Positions 48,771-59,830 of a stretch of 64,000 nt of DNA are shown here, one piece after another; the first letter of the stretch is position 1, and every line of letters starts with the position of its first letter. The stretch comes from Takakia lepidozioides. Its lineage: Eukaryota > Plantae > Bryophyta. The DNA is taken from NCBI GenBank assembly GCA_030704615.1, contig CM060733.1, forward strand, positions 63,116,001 through 63,180,000, in the 5' to 3' direction. Under the pieces are notes generated by a model. That model was not told where the DNA came from, ran no database searches, and saw only the letters and a program-made list of their open reading frames with translations. A program made the translations under genes and the position numbers.

Positions 48771-50130
48771 TTACTCACAGGCAAAGTCGGAGTCCAGTTC
48801 CTTGTTGGACGTCTCCCTTGTATCAATATCACCGGGAAGGGGCATCGGAAGGACTTGAGAAGTTTGTCCACCCAAACCCATCAGGAGGTTCTTGTAAATT
48901 TCGGCATCCCCTTCAATCCCGAAGAGATGTCGCGCACTGGCCTTGATGTCGCGCACTAGCCTTGCAAGCGTGGTATGAAGCACCTGCAATGGAATAGAAG
49001 GAAGGAAACAGACATTGAAGACTCATTTGGAACGGTGGGAAGTGCTGAAAGTGCAAGCTCAAACAAACCCGATCAAATGTGAATGTTGAAGAGACGAACC
49101 TGTGCCCATTGACAAATCCAGAACTCTGGCGTCGGTGTAGGTGCAGCACTCCACAATCGTTTGAATGAAAACCGGGCTCCTCTCCCTGGCCCCTCTCCAA
49201 GGAATTACCCCATTCGCCGTTCGCCTCTCCCTGGCCCCTCTCCAAGGAATTACCCCATTCGCCGTTCGCAAACACACGTTGTTGTCCACGTAGTTGTGGT
49301 GCATGTCATCCATGGGAGGATCTGTCCTCTCGTCTATGAACTTGCCCCCATGAGTGATGACAAACTCCCTAATGATGGCTGGAGTCGTAGGTGGATGCAC
49401 TCGGACGAGACAAACAGCTTCAAACAGACGAGTCTGCGAACAGGACATCCACAAAGAACTAAGAAGTTGAAAACCAGGCCCCTCCATATTCATTTGAGCG
49501 ACTTATGCAACTCCATCCGAGAACCACCAAGAAGAGGAATAAGAAGCAGATTTACCATCTCTCCCGGACGATCCCCCTTCGTCAGGTACATGCTGTTCAC
49601 ACAATTCCATGTCTTCACGACCCTCATATCGGAGGCTTTCAAATAGCTGGCAAGTGCATTGCGACAGCGAAGGTCGATGGACTGGATGAGCACCAAAACA
49701 CCTGCATCGGACAGAAAGAAATTGCAAAAGGAGAAAACCCACTGCCAGTAGCGCTCATCAAAAGCATTCCAACCTGGACAAGCACCCGTGGAGGGACATC
49801 CGGGACTGGCAACCCATCAGGGATGTCCAAGATGATGAATATGACTTCTCTTCCCGTTCACCCAGGATCTGGTCATTTTAGCCTGCAAACAAGCATGCAA
49901 TGGAATGCTCAAGAGGATTGAAACGAGCCATGCCCACAACACACAAGAAGCAAAAGACAACACGCACCGTGCTGAGGAACTCCACAATCCTCTCCCACAC
50001 TGGTGATGGATCGCCTTTGTAATCAGATTTCTTGGACTCCATCATGGCAAGGAACCCGACATTGGCCATCTCCAACCTGATAGGGCGAATGACCCTCGTG
50101 GGATGCTCCACTGCATGGTACGGGTCCTTA
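48771..50130 (-). pseudogene. Beta-class amino DNA methyltransferase-like gene, copy 2 (exons ~50130-49970, 49882-49556, 49433-49100, 48983-48771)
   Basis: VIFIILDIPDG..PGWNAFDERYW..FLSDAGVLV..TWNCVN | ..PWRGARERSPVFIQTIVECCT..RVLDLSMGT|GASYHACKASARHLFGIEGDAEIY; motif IV precedes motif I; frameshifts plus 45-bp and 19-bp duplications. Confidence 0.8.
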
Positions 50131-50684
50131 GGATCAACCACCCCTTATCCTACCCCCTTCCTTTCCCACACCCCACAATAGTAACATCTTTTCTGTTTCC
50201 CATTGCCTTTCGACTATACCTTTACCCCCGGGTATCCTGACGGAGGCTCTTCTCTGCCAGTTTCCTCAAATTTCTATCATGAACTTGAGGTTGGAGCTGC
50301 GGTGGTGGCTGCTACACTCTCATTCTCCTCTCCTCAAAGACCTCCTGCACTGGATCTCAGAAACAAGGCAATCCAAATACCAACCACAGGCAGAAAGATG
50401 GTCTGGGGCCCCAGTCCTGCAAGATCCCCGTAGTAAACATGGTCTGGTTGCGCAGCAGGAACAATCCACAGGTCCACGAAATGAGGATGTTTTGTCCAAG
50501 CAATTCTCTGCCATGAGAACATACTTATGTACCTACAGGCACAGAGGCAGCCTCATTAGTGTTATTTTCTTGACCCATAGTCTGTGATATGATGATTGTG
50601 TGAGATGACGTGAGTAGAAAATGGGAGATAAGTATATACGATGTGGTAAGTAACAACGTATAAGGTAATTGTCATGGTAAATGT

Positions 50685-51737
50685 TGTTCGAGCGGCTTTT
50701 TACCCACCTCCCTTCGCTATCCGAGGTGGAAACTCCAAGATAGAAAAGTTGGATATCTCTAAGCACTCAGCCCGCTCAGTACAATCATCATGACCTGCAG
50801 CTGTGAATCATGGTTGTGTTCCCCTTTGTATTCCTTCTTGCCTCATGTTAACAATTTTACCTTATCTGATACGAGCTAGCATCAGTTTGCTTCAGTATCT
50901 TCTTAGTTCCAGTTAATCATGCATTCCTTTCACAGCTTCACTCATGTCTCTCTACACAGTGTGCTTGTATCGAATATTTTCCGATTACATTTAGCTCAGT
51001 CTAGGCCAATGTCAAGTGGACTCTAATCAATCCACCTATAGTATCACTCTACAGTTCTGCATGAAGTAAACATCTACTGTTCATCTCTCCCTCCGACTCC
51101 TCTCCGTGCTCTCGGTCTTCGTGCTCTCTCCCGCCTATCTATCTCCTCTCCTCCATGACCATCCACACGCTCCCCACCCCGTGACGTGTCCTTCTTCCGT
51201 TGCCCCCGCTCTCCTTATCTGCCCCCCCAGCTGTTCTAACCACCTAACTAATTAACCGTTATCCCCGAAGTATCACGTTCCTTCGGCAGATGTCGTTCCT
51301 TCACAGTCGTTCCCTACCATTGATAACTGTTCCCCATGTACTGTGACAGGCTGTGTCAAGCTGTGCCGAGCTGTGACTGGCTGTGTCGGCTGTGTTGGCT
51401 GTGACCAGGCTGTGGCGGCCGTGCAAAGCTGTGTCAGCTGTGTCGGCTTGTGATTGGCTGTGACGGGCTGTGACAGGCTTTGTGGCGGCCGTGCGAAGCT
51501 GTGTCAGGCTGTGTCGGCTGTGATTGCTGTGACGGACTGTGTCGGCTGTGCAAAGTTGTGTCAGGCTGTGTCGGCTGTGATTGGCTGTGACGGACTGTGT
51601 CGGGCTGTGTAACCCCCCCCTAAAGTGCGCTGCTGTCACCCCTAAGGCGCTCCGGTTTGGTCTCAGTCTGCGCAAAAATTAAGGGAACCCCCACCAGAAC
51701 CCGTAAAAGCGTCTAATTCCCAAGCAACCCTCTAACA
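50685..51737 (-). mobile_element. 3' LTR of a Tat/Ogre-like Ty3/gypsy element
   Basis: TGTTAG...CA ends; polypurine tract (gagaggggggatgggtaaa) at 51738-51757; flank AATGT at 50680-50684. Confidence 0.9.
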
Positions 51738-52153
51738 TTTACCCATCCCCCCTCTCAAAAAGCCGTGTCCTCACGGTTCTATTTGGGATTAGCAAACCTT
51801 TGTGAGCGAGCACCCTTTTGACGTTGAGAGTCTCGTGAAGGACTCCGTGTGCGAGCCCGAGTCCTGTCACTGGTTGACGGAGATGATTGAGCACTACCTG
51901 AAATGTCAGTCCCCTCCTTTGGCTGATATCGTGGTAACCTCTCAGGCTAGGAGATCCCCGTCGTTTCTTTCTGCCATCTGAATTGCGTAGTCCCTGCGCC
52001 ATGTCAAAAAAAGTCCGCTGAAGAAACATAGTATCAGAGTCTTCGTCGCCCCTCAGGTGTTTTAACGGTCGAACTCTAACTGGAATCCGTTGGGGCATAC
52101 AATTGGTCCCCACCATGTCTGGAAGTTTACACTGTACAACCTGCTATAAGCTC

Positions 52154-55100
52154 TTAATGGCCAAATTGGGTGACACCCTGAACTCCTTGTCCATATAGGT
52201 GAGTGGGTGCCAATGACTTGGGACAGTGCAAGTATTTCCATGCCTCATGGCCCTTAAAGAAAATATTGTCAGGGCCAAATTTATGTGTTGTCAAATTGTT
52301 CCAAGCCGAATGAAACCATGAACGAAGTTGGGAATCCTTCTGCATCATAACCTTTTGCATCATATAGGTACATTTGAGGTGGCACTGAAGGTAAGACCCA
52401 ATGATCCCCACTGGAATAACTCAGAAATCGCGATTGCATCTTCTGCGGCTCAATGTTATAACGTGCTAGAAAACAAGCAGCATAGTATAACCCACAGCCC
52501 ATACAATACTTGCTACCACCTCTTTGGTCTTTGTATAAATGTACCCATTGTACAACCTGGAAGGCAATTAATTCCTTCAACATGGTACTTGCTTCATGCC
52601 AGTACCTCGCAAAGTGATGATCCTCTGTTTGGAAGAACCTTAGTCCCGTTGGCCACTGGCAGCCAAATGCGCATGATCTGGTAGTAATGTTGCCAACGAC
52701 TGCGGAGGACTAAATTCCTTCCAAGCAAATCCAACACAATGGGAATTTGGTTGAAGGGCTAATCATCAGCCCAACTGTACTCTCCGTGCAGTAGGAGTCC
52801 TAGGTGGGTTAAAAGCAGCATCCCCCATACCTCAGGCTGTGGTCGCTGTGGTGTGGCTGTAGTAATAACAGGGTCAGCTACCGGCACAGTCACTTGTTGT
52901 GGTATTGGTAATACTGGCCCTTCCACCACTGGCATCTCATGCACCCCTTGCAAAGAAGACTGAAAAATTAGAGTTCTGGCTTGTAAATAAGTAGCCATCA
53001 GCTGCTCCTCAGGTACAAAGACTCTCTTATCAATAGTTGAAGTCAGGTTCTTCACCTGAGTCTGCAGGCCGTCTAACACTCCCTCCTGTAGCTCCGCTAT
53101 CCTACTATAGACATTGTCTATAGTAGTTGTGGCAATTGTTCTGCACCTGCAGTCTGAGCACATTCATCTCGCCTTGGGTGAGCTTCCGTGGTGCTTTGCC
53201 TTCAGCCAGCCCTTGTGCTAACCAGACCTGCATAAGGTGGTTATCCACCAAGTTGTGTGTGGCACCCCTAAGAGTCGGCTCCTCTGTGAGCCTGTACACA
53301 TCTAATTGCTACTATAAAGTCTCTATGCGCTTCGCATGAGGTTCAATCAAACTCGCATAGGCAGCAGCCTGATTATTGGCTTCCTTCCAAGCCTTGTTAG
53401 CCACAGAGAGTTCATTTCTATTCACCCTGACTGTTTTGTTGCAATTCCAGGATGTACCTCTCTTGGTTAGCTTCAAACCTATCTGTATTGCTTGAAGTGT
53501 TCTCATTGCGACAGATTGTATTCTTCATCAACAATGAGTTTTGTCTGCTCGACGGTCTCTGCCTCAGCCTTCATACATCTCTCCGCTTGTCTGTTAACTT
53601 CTAATGCAGTTTGCTCAAGAGTAGTTGTGGGTATCACATTGTATGTTCATCCTCTCATGTACTGCCTCAACACTGTATGTAGTGCATTCACTTCTTGCAA
53701 CTTCCCCTCATGCTTCACCTGCATTTGGTATAACTGTTGTTTATGTGCTTCGTGCAACAGGTCTTGCGCGAGGCCTGCTTCAGCAAATGTTCCTTGGCCA
53801 ACTGCAAATCAGCTTTGTGTATCCCTATACTCCTCTTGCTGTACTTGAGAGTGACCTCCTCATCACCTTGTTTGCACACTCAGTGGCAAGTCGAGGCTCA
53901 ACTCCTTCCGGAGTTCCTCCCTCAAAGCTGCAATTGGGTAGATGGAACATGGGATTTCACATAAGTGCCCAACAATTATGTCCTGCTTATGGAACTCATA
54001 AGCATTGGCCTGCTGAGGGTCATCATGTTGAGGTTGCTACTGTTCTCTCTCCTGATCCTCATCAGTGTGATGCCTCACTAACCAATTCAGGGCACCCGCC
54101 CCCCCTATTGCCCCACATATTTTCTCCTGAATCACCTCATCCGCTACAAGTGCTGCAGTGTCTGATATTCTATATATCTACCCCTGGTACCTTTCCTCAC
54201 AGGTGTGGGTATTACATGCATAGCAGGGTTTCCCCTCGACAACCGCTGTACCTTTGGAATCACTGGTTCCCTTACCAAGCCAAATTTTCATACGAAGGTC
54301 CCCTTCTCAATTTTCGGCTACGACCTGCTCTGTATGGGGAATGTCCAACCTTTCTCTTTCCAGAGCAATTGGGGGTGATGCCACAACATATACTAACTGT
54401 GGAACCTCTAAAACAACAGAGTCATTTGGTTGTTGTGGCTGTGGTATCGAAGTGACTTCCTCTTCCCTCTCTGAAGGCCCTGCTTCCAATAATAGCATCT
54501 CTCTGTGCTGTTGTGCCCCTTCCTGCACAAGAGCTTGGGAAACATTATCGTGCGGTTTCCGTGAAGCCAGTGGATCCGCCACTATAGTCTTACCCCCCCT
54601 CTGTCTCTTAGATTGGTGTTGCGCTGTCAGTCCACCCTCACTGTGTGAAGAGCCTTGCTCTTCAATTGATTTTTTTTCCTCTGCCTCAAACACTCCCTCT
54701 CCCTACGTTCCCGAGTATCAAGTATGCAAGAATCAAGAATTATTTGGGCAATGACTGGTCCGGACACAATGATTGGAGACTTAGCAATAGTGCCCTGTAA
54801 CCTCTTCATTTCGTCCACCAATCCGTTGTACATTAACTCCGCCCAAGCGACATCCTCTCCCCTCAAAGCTTTCAGGATCTCCTCTGTGAAGGACCTGCTC
54901 AAATACTGTTGGTTCTGTTTCATGGCAAACAGAACGTTCAAGATTTGGCCAACTTCCCTAAGCCCTGGGTACTCGCTTTGGTACAAGCAAAACCTTGAGT
55001 TTTAAAAGAAACTCCCTTCTTGGAACAGATTCCCTATCTGCAATCTTGCCCTGTGCTCATCTACATCCACATGTCCTGATGGCAAATCAAACAATTGCTG

Positions 55101-55330
55101 CACGTACTAGGGAGTAATTTCTATATCTACTCCCTTCACCTGAGTAAGTCCTGTCCGAGGCTCAAAGTTCTGAAGAAATTGTATCATGAACTGCCGATGA
55201 TGCAAGGACCAGTCCTTGCGTAGCAATCCTTCCAATCGCAGCTCCTTCAGTAGCTGCACCACCTATGGTGCAGCAATCGTTTGATTCTGTAAGATTGTGG
55301 TGCTCTTCACCCTGATATCCTCCATTCCTC
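52154..55330 (-). pseudogene. Accessory ORF(s) 3' of pol (plant-transposon-protein-like N-terminus, then coiled coil)
   Basis: FMIQFLQNF...VKGVDIEITP..VQQLFDLP...EDVAWAELMY...GPVIAQII, followed by long Q/E/K-rich helical text; stops and frameshifts. Confidence 0.55.
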
Positions 55331-56064
55331 TCACTCTCTTCATTCTAGACAAACAGAAAGGTTTTGGTTGCAACAACTGAAGAAACGCCTGCAGGGCACA
55401 AAGCATAAAAGTATGGTTGGCGCAGAATGAAATGGGTAAGTGCGTGTAAGCCTGTGGGGCTTGCAAGTGTCGATTTAGAGAAAATGTACTCTCCGCTCGT
55501 CCGTCCTTGTGCCCTTGCCACTGCTAGTATAATGCGAGTGTGTAGTCTGTTATTTCCGCCATAGCGTCAAAGCTATAGCTTTGATTGTCTCTCCCGTCGA
55601 GACGCCCGTTACTTGGAACGACGCCGACTCTTGCGCTCAGAATCCCTCTAAATTCTTGATTTTGCTTCTTGGAAAATACCTTGTGCAGGTAATTCTGGCT
55701 CATGATTGGCTGTTGACTTCTGTGATTGGTTTTGTAATTTAATTCCCTTCCGTGGATTTTCCCCCCTGGACTGTCCACTATGATAGCACATGTGGCATTG
55801 GTTTCCCTTTTCTGAACTCAAAAATGGTTCCGTTACCCTAGCACTGAATGCATTAATGGGCCCACAATTAGTTGTTGTACCAGGTAGGTACTTTGACGGC
55901 CAATTTTGTCTTCTTTCTTAATGACACCCGTTCTTGCAATTCATGTCCGGCTGTATGTCTCGCCCTGGCGTCCACGTGTCCATTTCTAAACCCGCCTCCG
56001 TCCACTTTTCCGCCGGTCACTCTCCGGATGTTAATCCACGTCCACCTGTCACTGATCCTATGGA

Positions 56065-56260
56065 CTGTGTAACCCCGGTAGGCTGTGTTGAGCTGTGATA
56101 GGCTGTGTGGCACTGTGATGGGCTGTGATAGGCTGTGCCACACTGTGATGGCCTGTGATAGGCTGTGTCGCGCCGTGATGGGTTGTGATAGGCTGTTTGA
56201 CACTGTGATGGGTTGTGATAAGCTGTATCACGCTGTGTTGGGCTGTGATAGGCTGTGTCG
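56065..56260. repeat. 30-bp tandem array downstream of integrase
   Basis: ggctgtgataggctgtgtNNcactgtgatg, about 6 copies. Confidence 0.85.
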
Positions 56261-56451
56261 TGCTTGTACTGCCCGCCCTGGTCATATACGCTCGGCTTAG
56301 CGACAAGTGCTCCATACTCCGTTGGTATCACTGGCGCAGCCCGTGACTGCTTTTGCGTTTCAACATGCAAATCGTGCTGCAATGGTTTGTCATGGATACC
56401 ACTGTACCCCTTTCAACTTATTGGCATTGACTCTTCTCCAGCATCTCTTTG

Positions 56452-59400
56452 TTAATGGTTTGTAACATGGCTTGTGTTGTTATCATACATCTTTTGTATG
56501 ACATAAGGTCCTTTCCATGGTGATTTAAGCTTAGAAGCTTTAATCTTCCCCTTCTTCTGCAACCAGAGAACCAAATCTCCCGTCTTAAAAGTCTTTAATT
56601 TGCCTTCATCAAACTGTTCCTTCCTCTTCATCTGAATTCTGGTCATGTTATCAGCTGCATCAGCTTGTACTTCTTCCACATGGTATAATTCATGTTTCCT
56701 GACCTTAATTGAATCTTCCAATTCTATTCTCTTTCCCCATTCCGTTCTCATGGTAGGTAACAAGAATTCCACTGGAAGTAAAACTTCCATGTCATACACT
56801 AATTGGAATGGTGTATACTTAGTGGTGACTTTATATGAAGTCCTGTATGACCACAAAGCTGTCAGCAACTTTGTATCCCATCCGTTCTGTTTGCATTGAC
56901 TATCTTAGCCAAGATAGTACATAGTATTTTGTTGTAGCCTCTGCTTGCCCATTACCTTGTGGGTAATACGTTGTACTCTTCCTATGCACAATCATGAATT
57001 CTTTAGTCAATAGTTCAATGGTCTCATTAATGAAGTGACTTCCCTGGTCACTGATAAATTCCAAGGGACAGCCAAATCGTGTAAGTATGTTCTCATACAG
57101 GAACCTTGCTGTGGACCTGGCTGTGTTGTCCCTCAAAGCTTTAGCTTCCACCCACTTCGTAGTATAATCAGTGGCTGTAATTATATACTTGTTCTGTGTA
57201 TTCTTGGCCGGTGGGTTAATTGGTCCAACAAAGTCTAGTCCCCATTTCTGAAATGGTTCAGTAGGCATCGTAGGATGCAAAGCTATCTTCCCAGATCTCT
57301 GCAAAGGTCCTAGCCTCTGACATTCATCACAACTCTGACAATACTTGTGTACATCCTTGAACAAAGTAGGCCACCAGTAACCTGCAAGTAGTATCTTCCT
57401 ACTGGTAGTCTCTTCTCCAAAATGTCCTCCAACCACTTGTCGCACGACTTTTACTCACCCATCCCTTCGCTATTCGAGGCGGAAACCCCAAGATAGAAGA
57501 GTTGGAAATCTCTAAGTACTCAGCCCGCGCAGAACAATCAGTCATGACCTACAGCTAGTGTATCATGGGGGTGTTTCCTATTTGTTTCCCTTTTGGCATT
57601 CATGTTAACTACCTTACCATTGATAATTAAGTATCAGTTTGCTTTATCAATCTATTGGATTCCGTCAACTCATCCATTCATTCCACAGCTTCACTCAGAT
57701 CTCTCTACACAGTGTGATTGTATCGTAAAAGTATCCGATTATGATTTATTAGGTATCAGGCCGAAGCCATTGTGTCTCTAATCTGCTCTACAATATCATT
57801 ACAGCCTTGCATATAACAAGCATCTACTCATCATCTCTCTATCTTCACTTCCGTTCTTCATCTCTGCCCCATCCCCTCTCCTCCATCACCAAGAAGTCCT
57901 CCTCCCAATCATATATATATCCCCCAAATTCCCCGTTTCTCCCTTTATCTTCTTATCCGTGGTTCTAACCGTTTCCCTCACTAACCGTCGTCTGTGAACT
58001 AACATGTTCCCTTCGCAGGTGTTGTTCCCCACAGTCGTTCCCTGTCCTACTCTTCGTTCCCTATGATCGTGACAGCTGTGTCAAGCTGTGACTGGCTGTG
58101 TGAAACTGTGATGGGCTGTGACTGGCTGTGCGACTGTGTTTGGCTGTGTCGGGCTGTGCCGGGCTGTGTCGGCTGTGACGACTGTGACGGGCTTTGTTTG
58201 GCTGTGTCAGCTGTGTCTGCTGTGACGACTGTGACGGGCTGTGTTGGCTGTATCGGCTGTGTCTGCTGTGACGGGCTGTGTTGGCTGTGTCTGCTGTGAC
58301 GACTGTGACGGGCTGTGTAACCCCCCTCTACAGTGCGCTGCTGTCACCCCTAAGGCTCCTGTTGGTCTCAGTCTGTGCAAAAATTAAGGGTACCCTACAG
58401 ATCCCGTATAAGTGTCTAAGTCCCCGACAGTCCTCTAACACCACTCCTTTATGAACTTCCTCCAAAACTTTATTTACTTCATGGTGGTACAAGCATCGTT
58501 TAAGTACTCCATCAGGTCCTAGCTTATACATTCTGCCCCCTACCATAGTATAAGGTAAAGCCTTGATAACGATTCTCTTCCTCTGCTCCTTACCATAACT
58601 AGGTGGGCACTGACCATGAGTAAGGTAGTAACTGATTGGCCACTGCCAATCTAACCATTCATCTGCACTTCCTTGCACCTCCATTGCAAATAAACTCGCA
58701 TCAGGTAATTGGTCGTCTACTCATGTGGCGGCCTCTCCTGTTGTTAGGCGTGACAAATGATCTGCCACAAGATGCAAACGGCCAGGCTTATAAACAACTT
58801 CGAACTCAAACTCGTGCAAAATTATTAACCACCTCGCTATCCTTCCACTTATCAAAGGTTTGTTCACCAGATATATCAGAGCCTGGTGATCCACATAAAA
58901 CATAAACTTTCTTCCCAATAGGTAATGTCTGAATTTCTGACTGCATAAATCATTGCCAGTGCTTCTCTTTCAGTTGTGCTATAGTTCCTTTCAGCACTGT
59001 TCATCAACCTGCTAGCATAGTACACAGGTGAATCTATATTTCCTGTAACATTTTGGGCTAACACCGCTCCCAACGCTTCTCCTGAGGCATCACAGTGAAC
59101 ATGAAATACTACATGCCAGTGAGGGTTAATCAGCATAGGTGTAGTTGTTACTGACAATGTAAGTTCCTCAAAAGCCTGTTGACATTCAGCTGTCCATGCA
59201 AACACTGCATCTTTCTTCAGAAGCTTGCTCAATGGTGCTGCTATCTGTGCATACCTTTTGACAAATCTTCTGTAATAACTGGTTTGTCCAAGGAATCACC
59301 TTAGACTCTTAACATTTACTGGTGGTGGTGAGGCTTTAATGGCCTCTGTCTTCCTGGGATCCACAAGAAGTCCCCTCTTACACACAATGTGTCCCAGAAG

Positions 59401-59830
59401 CACCCCTGAATTCACATAGAAAGTACACTTATCTAGATTCAGGCCCAGACCTCTCATTCTGCATCTGACCAAACATAACTCCAATTTATGCAAGTGCTCA
59501 TTCTTAGAGCTGTACACACTGAAATCATCCAAGAACACCTGCATGAAATCATCCAGATACTCATGAAAAGATTCATTTATCACTCTCTGAAAGGTTGCTG
59601 GTGCATTACAAAGTCCAAAAGGCATGACTTTGTATGCATAAGCACCCCAGTCTGTGATGAAAGCCGTCTTTCCCTGGTCTTCTTCTGCCACTTGCACTTG
59701 ATTATAACCACTGAAGCCATCCATGAATGAGTACATCTCATGGCCTGCCACAGTGTCCAATACCGCTTCTGTGAATGACAAAGGAAAAGGATCTTTCTTC
59801 GTGCAAGCATTCAACTTCTTATAGTTCACA
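56452..59830 (-). mobile_element. Tat/Ogre-like pol (RT-RNaseH-integrase), interrupted by a solo LTR
   Basis: MDGFSGYNQ, MPFGLCNAP, FLDD, HCDAS, GGHFG..AGYWWP, WGLDFVGP, SDQGSHF, WKGPY. Confidence 0.95.
57438..58440 (-). mobile_element. Solo LTR with a 5-bp TSD (CCACT)
   Basis: CCACT at 57433-57437 and 58441-58445; TG..CA ends; splits the integrase zinc finger (EVHKGV|VGGHFG). Confidence 0.95.
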
